Below, in pieces: positions 24,078 through 36,587 of a stretch of DNA of 64,000 nt. The notes beneath the pieces were generated by a model that ran no database searches, had not been told where the DNA came from, and was given only the letters and a program-made list of their open reading frames with translations. Numbering within the stretch: the first letter of the stretch is position 1; every line of letters starts with the position of its first letter. The stretch is from Squalus acanthias (Eukaryota). Location of the stretch: positions 59,646,001-59,710,000 of the forward strand of contig CM059432.1 of NCBI GenBank assembly GCA_030390025.1. The letters are read 5' to 3'. Both the position numbers and the translations under genes were made by a program.

Positions 24078-26895
24078 TGGCACAAGGGAGTATGGCAAGG
24101 CTGGATGGCATTTATTTTAATGCAAGGAGTCTTGCGAGTAAGGCAGATGAATCGAAGGTGTTAATGAACACATGGGAGTATGATGTTGTTGCTATCACAG
24201 AGACATGGTTGAGGGAGGGGCGGGACTGGCAGCTCAATATTCCGGGGTATAGAATCTTCAGGCGAGACAGAGAGGGGTGTAAAGGAGGAGGGGGTGTTGC
24301 AATATTAATCAAGGAGTCAATTACTGCTGTAAGGAGGGATGATATCTTAGTAGGTTCCTCTAATGAGGCCAGATGGGTAGAACTTAAAAAAAAAAAGGGG
24401 GCAAGCTCTTTGCTGGGAGTGTACTATAGGCCCCCAAACAGTCAGGGGGAGATAGAGGAACAGATATGCAGGCAAATCTCAGAGAAGTGTAGAAATAATA
24501 GGGTAATAATAGTAGGGGATTTCAACTTCCCCAATATTAACTGGAATAGTCAGAGTGTGAAAGGCTTGGAGGGTGCGGGATTCTTAAAGTGCATCCAGGA
24601 GCGCTTTTTGAGTCAGCATGTCGAAAGTCCTACAAGAGAGGGGGCAGTACTGGACCTAATTCTAGGGAATGTAGCCGGGCAAGCGGTAGAAGTGTTAGTA
24701 GGAGAGCATTTTGGTGACAGTGACCATAATTTGGTGAGATTTAAGGTAGTCATGGAAAAGGCCAAAGATGGACCGGAAATAAAGGTTCTAAATTGGGGGA
24801 AGGCCGATTTTGATATGATAAGGCAGGATCTGGCCAAAGTGGACTGGGATCAGCTACTTGCAGGAAAATCCACATCAGAGCAGTGGGAGTCTTTCAGAAA
24901 GGAAACAGAGAGAGTACAACAGCAACATGTTCCCGTAAAGGTCAAGGGTGTGACCAACAAACTCAGGGAACCCTGGATGTCAAGGAATATACGAGAATGG
25001 ATTAGGAAAAAAAGGGAGGCTTTTGGCAGATACAAAGGACTAAAAATAGTGGAAGCCCTAGTGGAGTATAGAAAGTGCAGGGGGGTACTTAAAAAATAAA
25101 TTAGGAGAGCGAAGAGGGGGCATGAAATAACACTGGCGGGCAAAATAAAGGAAAATCCCAAGGTGTTTTATAAGTATATTAAGGGCAAGAGGATAACCAG
25201 GGAAAGAGTAGGGCCCATTAGTGACCAAAGTGGCAATCTGTGTGTAGAGCCAGAAGATGTAGGTGGGGTTTTAAATGAATATTTTGCATCTGTGTTCACT
25301 ATGGAGAAGGACGATGTAGGCATAGAAATCAGGCAGGGGTATTGTGATATACTTGAACAAATTAGCATTGAGACGGAGGAGGTACTAGCAGTTTTAGCGG
25401 GCTTAAAAGTGGAGAAATCCCCAGGCCCAGACTAGATGTATCCCAGGCTGCTGTGTGAGGCAAGGAGGAGATTGCAGGGGCTCTGACACAAATTTTCAGA
25501 ACCTCTCTGGCCACAGGGGAGGTGCCAGAGGACTGGAGAACAGCTAACGTAGTACCATTATTCAAGAAGGGTAGTAGGGATAATCCAGGGAATTACAGGC
25601 CAGTGAGCCTAACATCAGTGGTAGGTAAATTTTTGGAAAAAATTCTGAGGAACAGAATTAGTCTCCACTTGGCGAGGCAAGGATTAATCAAGGATAGTCA
25701 GCATGGCTTTATCAGGGGGAGATCATGTCCAACCAATTTGATTGAATTTTTCGAGGGGCTGACTAGGTGTGTGGATGAGGGTAGTGCAGTTGATGTGGTC
25801 TACATGGACTTCAGTAAGGCTTTTGACAAAGTCCCGCATGGGAGACTGGTCAAGAAGGTAAGAGCCCATGGGATCCAGGGCAACTTGGCACATTGGATCC
25901 AAAATTGGCTTAGTGGCAGGAGGCAGAGGGTGATGGTCGAAGTTTGTTTTTGTGACTGGGAGCCTGTGTCCAGTGGTGTACCGCAGGGATCGGTGCTGGG
26001 TCCTTTGCTGTTTGTAGTGTCCATTAATGATTTAGATATGAATGTAGGAGGTATGATCAGTAAGTTCGCAGATGACAGGAAAATTGGTGGGGTGGTAAAT
26101 AGCGAGGAGGGAAGCCTCGGGCTACAGGACGATATAGACGGGTTGGTCAGATGGGCAGAACAGTGGCAAATGGAATTTAACCCTGAAAAGTGTGAGGTGA
26201 TGCATTTTGGGAGGACTAACAAGGCAAGGGAATACACAATGAATGGTAGGACCCTAGGAAGGACAGAGGATCAGAGGGACCTTGTACATAGATCCCTGAA
26301 GGCAGCAGGACAGGTAGATAAGGTGGTTAAGAAGGCATATGGGATACTTGCCTTCATTAGCCGAGGCACAGAATATAAGAGCAGGGAGGTTATGATGGAA
26401 CTGTACAAAACGCTAGTTAGGCCACAGCTGGAATACTGTGTGCAGTTCTGGTCGCCACACTATAGGAAGGATGTGATTGCATTGGAGAGGGTGCAGAGGA
26501 GATTCACCAGGATGTTACCTGGGCTGCAGCGCTTCAGCTATGAAGAGAGACTGGACAGGCTGGGTTTGTTTTCCTTAGAGCAGAGAAGGCTGAGGGGGGA
26601 CCTGATTGAGGTGTACAAAATTATGAGGGGCATAGGTAGGGTAGATAGGAAGGAACTTTTCCCCTTAGTAGAGGGGTTCGTAACCAGTGGGCATAGTTTC
26701 AAGATAAGGGGCAGGAGGTTTAGAGGGGATTTGAGGAAAAACTTTTTCACCCAGAGGGTGGTTGGAATCTGGAACTCACTGCCTGAAAGAGTGGTAGAGG
26801 CAGGAACCCTCAAAACATTCAAGAAGTATTTAGATGAGCACTTGAAACGCCATAGCATACAAGGCTACGGACCAAGTGCTGGAAAATGGGATTAG
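24078..26895 (+). pseudogene. CR1-B ORF2 (APE endonuclease + RT), disrupted
   Basis: Endonuclease motifs ITETWL, YRPP, GDFNFP and SDHN; RT motifs YRPVSLTS, DFSKAFDKV, GVPQGSVLGP and FADD. Stops at 25097-25099 and 25433-25435, plus a frameshift before 25522. Confidence 0.9.
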
Positions 26896-26967
26896 AATAG
26901 ACAGGGCTTGATGGCTGGCACGGACACGATGGGCCGAAGGGCCTCTTTCTGTGCTGTGTAACTCTAT

Positions 26968-27775
26968 GGGCTCGATTTTATCAATGGAGGCGAGCAGGCG
27001 GCGGGACTCCCACTTTTGGGGTTGTAGTCCCGCCTCCATCGAGTTGTGGCCAACCCACTCGATTTTCCCTTGATTGACTTTGTTGAGCCTGCCCAGCAGG
27101 CTCAGCAGGCCAATTAAGGGCCACCCGGCAACAAGTGACGTCACAGATTGACATTTCATCTGTCATGAGCTTTTGACAGATGAAATATCAGCGTTTGACA
27201 GCTCCTTGAAGCTGTCAAACACTGACAATCTGTCTCGAAGTTAATTCCTTCCTCTCAGGCTGATTTAGAGATCTCTGCAGAACAAAAAGCAGAGGCTGCA
27301 GCTTTTGACAGCTCAATGGCCATTCTGCTTTCTGTGCCAGTGAGATTTCTGACTCCCGAGACCTGAAGGGCTGACACCTGCAGGAGGAAGTTAAGGTAAG
27401 TAAAACTTTTTCCACACTTTACACTTACCTTACACACTTACCTCTGCACACATGCACCCATCACTCACCTGCCCACCGGACATATCGACCCCTCCAACCC
27501 CTGCAGACCCACGGTCCGCCTCGCTAAAACGGCGTGGTTTGGAGCCGTCGGGTAGCCCACATTTCAGGGCTAAAAATAGGGATTTATCAACAATTGTCAC
27601 TTATCCCCTTCCCGCCTCGGGGAGGCGGCTCCCAGCACAGGTCGGGTCCCCGCCTCCTGGAACATTGGCACGGAGGCGGGTTGGGGGCGGGATGGGTTCG
27701 TTCCACCCAATTTCGCGATTTTATCCCCCCTCCCGCCTCCAATCCCACCTCCACGGGCCGATGAAAATCGAGCCC
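26968..27775. mobile_element. PIF/Harbinger-type MITE in the CR1-B tail
   Basis: Perfect 12-bp TIR GGGCTCGATTTT / AAAATCGAGCCC and TSD TAT. Confidence 0.88.
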
Positions 27776-28866
27776 TATGACTCTACCCCCCTGCACTTTC
27801 TATACTCCTCTAGGGCTTCCACTGTTTTTAGTCCTTTGTATCTGCCAAAAGCCTCCCTTTTGTTCCTAATCAATTCTTGTATATCCCTTGACATCCAGGG
27901 TTCCCTGGACTTGTTGGTCCCACCCTTGACCTTTACGGGAACATGTTGGTGCTGTACTCTCACTATTTCCTTTCTGAATGACTCCACTGCTCTGATGTGG
28001 ATTTTCCGACAAGTAGCTGATCCCAGTCCACTTTGGCCAGATCCTGCCTTATCATATTAAAATCAGCCTTCCCCCAATTTAGAACCTTTATTTCCGGTCC
28101 ATCTTTGTCCTTTTCCATGACTACCTTAAATCTCACCGAATTATGGTTACTGTCACCAAAATGCTCTCCTGCTGACACTTCTACCACTTGCCCGGCTACA
28201 TTCCCTAGAATTAGGTCCAGTACCGCCCCCTCTCTTGTAGGACTTTCTACATGCTGGCTCAAAAAGCTCTCCTGGATGCACTTTAAGAATTCCGCACCCT
28301 CCAAGCCTTTCACACTCTGACTATCCCAATTAATATTGGGGAAGTTGAAATCCCCTACTATTATTACCCTATTATTTCTACACTTCTCTGAGATTTGCCT
28401 GCATATCTGTTCCTCTATCTCCCCCTGACTGTTTGGGGGCCTATAGTACACTCCCAGCAAAGTGCTTGCCCCCTTTTTGTTTTTAAGTTCTACCCATATG
28501 GCCTCATTAGAGGAACCTGCTGAGATATCATCCCTCCTTACAGCAGTAATTGACTCATGGATTAAGATTGCGACACCCCCTCCTCTTTTACACCCTCCTC
28601 TGTCTCGCCTGAAGATTCTATACCCCGGAATATTGAGCTGCCAGTCCTGCCCCTCCCTCAACCATGTCTCTGTGATAGCAACAATATCATACTCCCATGT
28701 GTTCATCAACACCTTCAATTCATCTGCCTTACTCGCAAGACTCCTTGCATTAAAATAAATGCCATCCAGCCTTGCCATACTCCCTTGTGCCATTACATAT
28801 TTGCTCTGTCTTCCAGACTGACTTGTTTTTTTCCTCTATATTTGGCTGTGCATCACTCCCTACTAT

Positions 28867-30227
28867 CTTCTTCTTAGGCAGTCCCTCGGAACCGAGGATG
28901 ACTTGCTTCCACATTAAAAATGAGTTCTCAGGTGACTGATGAGTCCAATGCGGGACCTACAGTCTCTGTCACAGGTGGGGCAGATGGTTGTTGAAGGGGC
29001 GGGTGGGTGGGGTGCTTGGGTTGATGTGCGCTCCTTGCGCTGCCTGCGCTTGGCTTCCGCTTGCTCCCGGCGAAGAGACTCGAGGTGTTCGGCGCCTTCC
29101 CGGATGCTTCTCCTCCACTTTGTGTGGTCTTGGGCCAGGGATTCCCAGGTGTCGGTGGGGATGTTACACTTTTTCAAGGAGGCTTTGAGGGTGTCCTTGA
29201 AGCGTTTCCTCTGCCCACCTAGGGCTCTCTTCCCGTGCCGGAGCTCCGAGTGGAGCGCTTGTTTTGGGAGTCTCGTATCGGGCATGCGGACAATGTGACC
29301 CGTCCATCGGAGCTGATCAAGCGTGGTCAAAGCTTCGATGCTGGGGATGTTGGCCTGAGCGAGAACACTGACGTTGGTGCGCCTATCCTGCTAATGGATT
29401 TGCAGGATCTTGCGGAGGCAGCGTTGGTGGTACCTCTCCAGTGCTTTGAGGTGCCTGCTGTACATGGTCCATGTCTCTGAGGCATACAGCAGGGTGGGTA
29501 TCGCTGCTGCTCTGTAGACCATGAGCTTAGTGCCGGGTTTGAGGTCCTGGTCTTCAAACACTCTTTTCCTCAGGCGAGCGAAGGCTGCACTGGCACACTG
29601 AAGGTGGTGTTGGACTTCGTCATCGACGTCTGCCCTTGTTGACAGTAGGCTCCCAAGGTATGGAAAGTGGTCCACGTTGTCCAAGGCCTTGTCGTGGATT
29701 TTGATAATCGGGGGGCAGTACTGTGTGTTGGGGGCAGGTTGGTAGAGGACCTTTGTCTTACGGATGTTTAGTGTAAGGCCCATGCTCTCGTACGCTTCGG
29801 TGAAGGTGTTGACGATGGTTTGGAGTTCGACCTCCGGGTGAGCACAGATGCAAGCGTCGTTTGCATACTCTAATTCGATGACAGAGGATGGTACGATCTT
29901 GGATCTGGACTGGAGGTGACGGAGGTTGAACAATTTCCCGTTTGTTCTGTAAATTAGCTCCACTCCAGTGGGGAGCTTACTGAGGGTGAGATGGAGCATT
30001 GCAGCAAGGAAGATCGAGAAGAGCGTTGGTGCGATGACACAGCCTTGCTTGACCCCGGTTCATACGTGAATTGGGTCTGTGGTGGAACCATTGGTCAGGA
30101 TCACGGCTAGCATGTCGTCGTGAAGCAGGCGGAGGATGGTGACAAACTTTTGAGGGCAGCCGAATTTGCGGAGGACACTCCATAATCCCTCACGGTTGAC
30201 AGTGTCGAAGACCTTTGTGAGATCTAT
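28867..30227 (-). mobile_element. RTE-clade LINE, 5'-truncated, inserted in CR1-A
   Basis: DLTKVFDTVNR, LEYANDAC (YADD-like), FPYLGS, LLYASETWT, LRWTGHIVRM and C-terminal CPTC...HLRTH, with an (AAG)n tail. Confidence 0.9.
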
Positions 30228-32546
30228 AGCTCCACTATAGCTCAACTCCGTATCCCATCCCCCTGCCAAGTTAGTTTTAAACCCCCCCCAACAGCACTAG
30301 CAAACCTCCCCGCAAGGATGTTGGTCCCGTTCCAGTTCAGGTGCAACCCGTCCGACTTGTACAGGTCCCACCTTCCCCAGAAACAGACCCAGTGATCCAG
30401 GAAACTAAAGCCCTCCCTCCTGCACCAACTCTTTAGCCACGCATTCATCTGCTCCAACTTCCTATTCCTATACTCACTAGCACGTGGCACCTGGAGTAAT
30501 CCAGAGATTACAACCTTTGAGGTCCTGCTTTTTAATCTGCTACCTAGCTCCCTAAATTCTTGTTGCAGGACCTCATCCCTCTTTCTACCTATGTCGTTGG
30601 TACCAATGTGAACCACGTCCTCTGACTGTTCGCCCTCCCCCTTCAGAATGCCCTGCAACCATTCAGTGACATCCTTGACCCTGGCACCAGGGAGGCAACA
30701 TACCATCCTGGAGTCACGTCTGCGGCCGCAGAAACGCCTGTCTGCACCCCTCACTATTGAGTCTCCTACCACTATTGCCCTTCCACTCTTACTCCTCCCA
30801 CCTTGTGCAGCTGAGCCACCCACAGTGCCGTGAACTTGGCTCTGGCTGCACTCCCCAGAGGAACCATCACTTTCACCATTTTCCAACAAAGAAAAATGGT
30901 TGTTGTTTGAGATGCACTCTGGGGCTTTCCTGACTACCTGCCTGCCCCCCTTCTGACTGGTGGTCTCCCATTCCCTCTCTGACTGCACTTTCTTAAGCTG
31001 CGGGGTGACCACGTCTAAAAACGTGCTATCCACGTAACTCTCAGCCTCACAGATACACCGACCGCAGTGCCTCCAGCTGACGCTCGAGCTCCGAAAACAG
31101 GATCTCAAGTTGGCCAAACCGTTGGCACTTACTGCACATGTGGTCATCCTGACTGCAAGAAGCGTCTAGGAATTCCCACATGCTCCAGGCCGTGCAACTC
31201 CCTTCTTATTCCTTAACTCTAATCAAATATATTCAACTTTTGCACCATCCCCTATATTATCCCTATGCTCTAGTGATGTAATTAAATCTTTGACGAACAC
31301 TGCCAGCCCTCCTCCACTTTTGCTGCTCTATCCCTACTGAATATTTTGTAACTGGGAATATTCAGCTCCCTTTCTAAACTACATCTCTAGTAATGCTATT
31401 ATTTCATATTCCCCATAGCAATTCGTGGATCTGCTCACCAATTTTATTCACAATATTTTGTTGCATTTACATACATACATGTTTTTTCTCTGATGTAAAG
31501 AATTACTTCACTATTTGTGTTGAATTCACAATTGAGCCTGACACAATAAAATTAAGGCAGCCAAATGTTCTTGGTAAATAAGCCCCCTCCCCTCCCCCAT
31601 TCCTTCCCTGCTAAAAGGATTTTAAGCTGATATACTATGTTGTGAAACAGAGATTTTCGCAGAAAAATTGAACCCTCTTTGGATTTTCAGAGAGATTTTG
31701 ACAATCGTCAGTATTTTGCAAAATCTTTTAGTTCAGTTTATCTGGTCTCTTTTCTCCAAATTCCTTTGTGTTAATTTTGAAGGTTGTTTAATTGGATTAA
31801 AATCTATACTAAAATCTACTAGTTTTAATTTGCTGTTTATTCTTGCTCTTCGTTCTCTCTAAATAGCCCCTGATGTGAATGTCCTTGTGTCTGTTTACTT
31901 GTAAGTTACATTGATAGCTAAATTAATTTCCATAATTGCCGATATTATTGAATCTTTTTAAAAGGTTTGGATTTCATTTCATCAGCACTTCAGCAGTCTC
32001 TCCACATCAAGGGTGGAGACAGTGAGTCAGCTTTTATTTGAGTCCTTTTCTTTGTAACTGGAAACATCAGGCTTGTTCTGATTTACCCCAGACTTTTAAA
32101 CTGCTATTTGAAACAGTAATAAATAGTACAACTGTTTAACCATGGATGGTTAAATTCTGTACAGAATTAGTGAGAGCTCATCTAGCTGGTGGCCATTCAA
32201 TACAGCAATGCTAGGAACTGTAGCTATTTCTTGCTGGTTGTAAATCCTCGCCCACCCACAGAATTATTCAACCCTCCCTTGATGTATTAGGGCTAGTTGC
32301 AAATGAACAGCCATTTTCCAACTGCAAAATGGGGCATTCTTTTAGGATATCTGTCTTTTCTTTGGCAATATATGTATTCTTGGCAAACTAAAATGATCTA
32401 GTAGAGACAAAAAGAAAAAAACGTAAATGAAATAAAAATAAAAATGCTGTCAGCATCTGACAGAGAAAATGGGTGAGAGTCTTCACTGCTCGTTTGTGGG
32501 TGGATTTGGGGTACTAAACTGAGTAATATGGACCAATAGGCTTACT

Positions 32547-32964
32547 GGGGGAAAAATTGAGTCGCGCCCCCGGGGGGGGTGCTCAGGAGGCCAGGGATGG
32601 CAACGGAGGCAGGTGCTGGCAGGCGGCCAGCAACAAAAATGGCCGCCCGGCACCTCCTTTAATTAGTGCCACCTCAGCCGTAGGTAGGCCCCCCTGACCC
32701 CGTCGGACATAGCGTCCAGCGGTAAGTCAGGGGGCGCTACCGAAGATCATGGCCGGGGCGCGAGCGGGGTGCTGTGCACGGCGATGACATCATCGCCGGT
32801 GGCGCAGCGCCGCGGGGCGCTAACGGTTATCACCGCCACTAATCTCCCGCTGAATTTCGCTGGAGGCATTGGCGGCGCCGCGCCAGGGCGTTAGTTGCTT
32901 TGCGCCCCGTTAACACCCTCTTAGGGTGCTAACAGGAGGTGCAAAACAATCAAATTTTTCCCCC
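32547..32964. mobile_element. GC-rich PIF/Harbinger-type MITE
   Basis: TIR GGGGGAAAAATT / AATTTTTCCCCC and TSD ACT; related ends to the MITE at 61842-62736. Confidence 0.85.
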
Positions 32965-33312
32965 ACTGACTCAAATGAGTCCCAGAAAAACTGCACTGGA
33001 ATTGCCCTTCTCTAAATCCATCATTTCCCTCTAGAGAGCCATCAGCATCTGTGCCCATGCAAAACACAGCCTTAGAGGTGCTAATGGTCAGTGTGAATAC
33101 AGACCGAATAGCGTTAGTTTTGGTAGCCCTGTGAAATGTTGTGTTCAGGCTGATTCTCAAAGCTCCAATTTCAGCAGTGTTAGTTGCCACTCTAGAAGTT
33201 GCCATTGACCTTAGAACATCTTGGTGCCTTGCTGCCTCAGAAATCTCCCAGGCAGTCATGTGTCCAGGGTGTTCCAAGATCTTAATTCCTGCAATTTGTT
33301 TTAGATGTGTAT

Positions 33313-33617
33313 CACAGAATCCCCACAGTGCAGATAGAGGCCATTTCGGCCCACCAAGCCTGCACCGACACATATCCCACCCTATCCCTGTAACCCCACT
33401 AATCCCCCTAACACTAAAGGTCAATTTATCATAGCCAAATCAACCTAACCCACACATCTTTGGACTGTGGGAGGAAACCGGAGCACCCGAAGGAAACCCA
33501 CGCAGACACGGGGAGAATGTGCAAACTCCACACAGACAGTCACCCGAGGCCGGATTCGAACCCGGGTCCCTGGCGCTGTGAGGCAACAGTGCTAACCACT
33601 ATGCCACCATGTTGCCC
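33313..33617 (-). mobile_element. HE1-like V-SINE
   Basis: tRNA-like head (TGGCATAGTGG / GGTTCGAATCC), V-domain GTGTGGAGTTTGCACATTCTCCCCGTGTCTGCGTGGGTTTCC, CR1-derived tail and a perfect 8-bp TSD ATGTGTAT. Confidence 0.9.
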
Positions 33618-34584
33618 ATGTGTATAGTGAACTTCTCCCACTTCTTCATCACCTCAACCATACGCACAGAAACTGTCTCCAGTGCTTGCACAAAATGTTC
33701 TTGATGACTTGGCCACTGAGATGTCAGTCTCTGGTTTCCTCAGTTGAGGGTGGTCATTTCTACACCCTCGGTGGAGGATGACACTTTCTCACTCTTCTAC
33801 TCCCAGGTTCTCATGTTCACTGGTGCTTGGTGTTTCACCCAATGAAACTCTTCTGACTCACTAACTACTTCCTTCTGAGTAAGTGTCTCTAGGCTGGTGC
33901 TGGAGTAGATAAAGTTGGTGAAGATGTGGCAGCAGTTGTGGTCTGGACATGGCAGAAGTCTTGATCTGTAAGTGCCCTCTTCCTCCAAGGCACCCCCTAT
34001 ATTGTGAAAAACAGAAAAGCTTGTTTAGCTGTGTACACAGTGATATTTCTCCTTGAAGAAATATTGGCTGAGCGTAAATGCATTGCAATACTTTGAGAAA
34101 GGATGTAAAGCTGACACTGCCTATGCTGAGCCTTGCCCAGTATTTACCAACCTCTCTGTCACCTCTCCACCTCACTTCCCCCTTGCCATCTCCAAAAGCC
34201 TCTCCTGCCTATCTGCCTATTTTCTGCAGAGCTCTTCTTCAGTAGTGGTGTATATCCTTGTTTGCATTTCTCTGGTGCTGGTTGTAGGTGACCTTTCCCT
34301 TTCCAGAGAAAGAACTCAATGTTATAGGAATGTGAGTGGCATGGCCACGTTTTTCCCTGATATGAGTGCATGCATTCCATGATGATAAGATCTGCAGGTG
34401 CATTGACCTTTCAGCCAACTATCTTTCAAGACTAGCAGAGGCAATGTGAACTTGCTGTGCTTCATTATTTGCAGAAGTTTCCTGACACCGAGGTGATTAC
34501 ACAGAAAACCATGAAAGGTAAGGAGTTGAATGAAGCCTCTATCATTAGCACAGGATGTACATTGGGAACAGTGCCTTGACTTGC

Positions 34585-34795
34585 CTTGCCCATTCTTCTG
34601 AGATCATTGAACCTCTTCCTGTACTGTTTGTCAGTTCTTGGGATGGTGAGTATTGCACATACTGCTTCAGCAATTTCTCTTCATAGGGCCTGAACCATCT
34701 TCTTATGGTGCTACTTGCTCTCAGTCCCAAACACTTCCTTTCTAGCCCTAACTTCAGCCAGTAAAACATCCACGGATCTGCCTGGGAACCCTTCC
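34585..34795 (-). pseudogene. Degenerate Harbinger Myb/SANT-like exon (element about 33000-35085)
   Basis: RFPGRSVDVLLAEVRARKEVFG...*REIAEAV...PRTDKQYRKRFNDLRRMGK parallels the exons at 55767 and 58218. A TIR-like GAAAATCCAACC lies near 35074-35085. Confidence 0.65.
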
Positions 34796-35625
34796 TGCTC
34801 CTGAAACACCTCAACGTCCCCCCCCACTCCCTAAAGTTGATGCTCTCTCAGTCATTGTGGGTCCTGCTCGCCAAAAGTACAAGCCCACCCCCCGCTAAAA
34901 TTAGCTACAGAGTTTTAAATGTTGCAGCATCACTGTATTTCCCTCCCTCCCAGTTGCAGTAACCCAATGAGAAGCAGTATTACTGCTCCTAACTTGCCCG
35001 CATACCTAATTAGGGATCTTGGAGTCACATGGGTGGGCGGAAGTCGCACCCACCACTGACTCGCTAATCCGAGGAAAATCCAACCTTTTTCTTCACAAAG
35101 GCATTTCCACTTAGTCTAATGCCTGTGCCAGATAGATTGGTGAGCATTATGTTAAGTAGCTTATTCCCTTGTGTTGGTTCCCTTACCACTTGCTGCAAGT
35201 CCAGTTTGACAGCTATATCGTTCATGATTCAGTCAGCTTGGTCAATGGTGATAACAACTACTCTTCATGGTGGATATTGAAGTTCCATACGGAGTTCATT
35301 TTGTGCATTTGGTTCTTTCAGTGCTTGCTTTATGCTTATCATAGAAGAGTGTTGATTCATCAATTCATGAGGGGCGGTACGTGGTAATTAGTGGAAGGTT
35401 TCCTTGATCTTGTTTAACCTGAGGTCTTTGAAGTCAATGTTGGGAAATCCCAGGCTCAAGCCCACCTTGCTGTATACCACAGTAGGTCTATCTACCTCTG
35501 GTAGGTCTATCCTGTTAGTGGGACAGAACATACCCAGAGATTCTGATAGAAGAGTCTGGGATGTTGGCTGATAGATGTTACTCTGTAAGTATCAATATTT
35601 CAGGCTGTTGCTTAAATAGTATGAA

Positions 35626-36080
35626 ACAAAGAAAGACTTGCATTTATATAGAGCCTTTCACAACCCCAGGACATCCCAAAGCACTTTACAGTCAATGAAG
35701 TACTTTTGAAGTGTAGTTACTTTTGTAATGTAGGAAATGTGGCAGCCAATTTACGCACAGCAAGGTCCCTCAAATGTGATAATGACCAAATAATCCGTTT
35801 TAGTGATGTTGGTTGAAGGATAAATATTGGTCAGGTCACCAAGGAGAACTTCCCTGCTCTTCTTCGAGATAGTGCTATGGGATCTTTTACGCCATCTAAG
35901 AGGGCAGACAGGGCCTCGGTGTAATGTTTCATGAAAGTCAGTACCTCCGATAGTGCAGCACTCCCTCAGTAATACACTGGAGTACCAGCCTAGATTTTGT
36001 GCTCAAATCTCTGGAGTGGGACTTAACTCACAAGCTTCTGACTCAGGTGAGAGTGTTATCAACTGGGCCATGACTGACAC
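35626..36080 (-). mobile_element. Deu-domain SINE (SacSINE1/AmnSINE-like)
   Basis: tRNA-like head at the right end; Deu-core-like GCTGCACTATCGGAGGTAC...CCGAGGCCCTGTCTGCCCTCT...TAAAAGATCCCATAGCAC; L2-like tail TATATAAATGCAAGTCTTT. Confidence 0.8.
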
Positions 36081-36587
36081 CTGTGGGACAGTTTTCCCAA
36101 CTTGGGCACCAGTCCCCACGTTAGTGAGGAGGACTTCACAGGATCATCATGGTTGGGATTGCCATTGTCTTGAATTGATCCTGGGTTATTGGCAATAGGT
36201 TTGCCTGATATTTCATTTATGATTCTGTTCTGTAATGATTCTTTTACAGCTGAATGACTTGCTAGAGTCGACCACATATTACAGGACTGGAGTCACGTGT
36301 GAAACAGATAGGGTATGGATGGCAGCTTCCCTTCCCTGAAGGACATTAGTGAACCAGTGGGTTTCTAATTACAATTTGGCAGTTTAGATGATCAATTTAC
36401 CAGATTTATTAAATTCAATTGCACAACTTGTCATGGTGGGATTTGGACTCATGATTGCTGAGTTGCTAGTCCAGTACCATAACCATTACATTACCATACC
36501 CAAGTAGATTTGGGCGTAAAACCATTGGAAAACAAGGAGGCATGGTAGCCAAGACCACAACAGCGTTCCTGGAGTCTTGTGCCTTAT

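Larger units (their letters stand above)
22701..27784 (+). mobile_element. CR1 copy B, apparently full length, inserted antisense into copy A
   Basis: 5' UTR with (GAGT)n, ORF1 from 23018, ORF2 ending at 26895, and a tail ACTCTAT...TATGACTCTA split by a MITE. Confidence 0.92.
19878..31200 (-). mobile_element. CR1 copy A (near full length), split by four direct insertions
   Basis: Pieces 19878-20483, 21136-21597, 21861-22700, 27784-28866 and 30228-31200 are collinear. They cover ORF1 with an SGNH esterase (GDSIVRG, HIGTND, DGLH), an APE endonuclease (ITETWL, GDFN, SNHN), RT and an ACTCTATGACTCTA tail. Confidence 0.9.

Noticed and set aside
19878..31200. Inverted CR1 arrangement as an assembly artefact or simple inverted segmental duplication
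   Set aside because: The copies differ at many sites, have different ORF1 N-termini and independent nested insertions, and copy A rejoins precisely across B.
33540..33617. tRNA-like A and B boxes (also near 49255-49320, 36020-36080 and 48000-48066)
   Set aside because: These are SINE heads joined to V or Deu domains, not tRNA genes.
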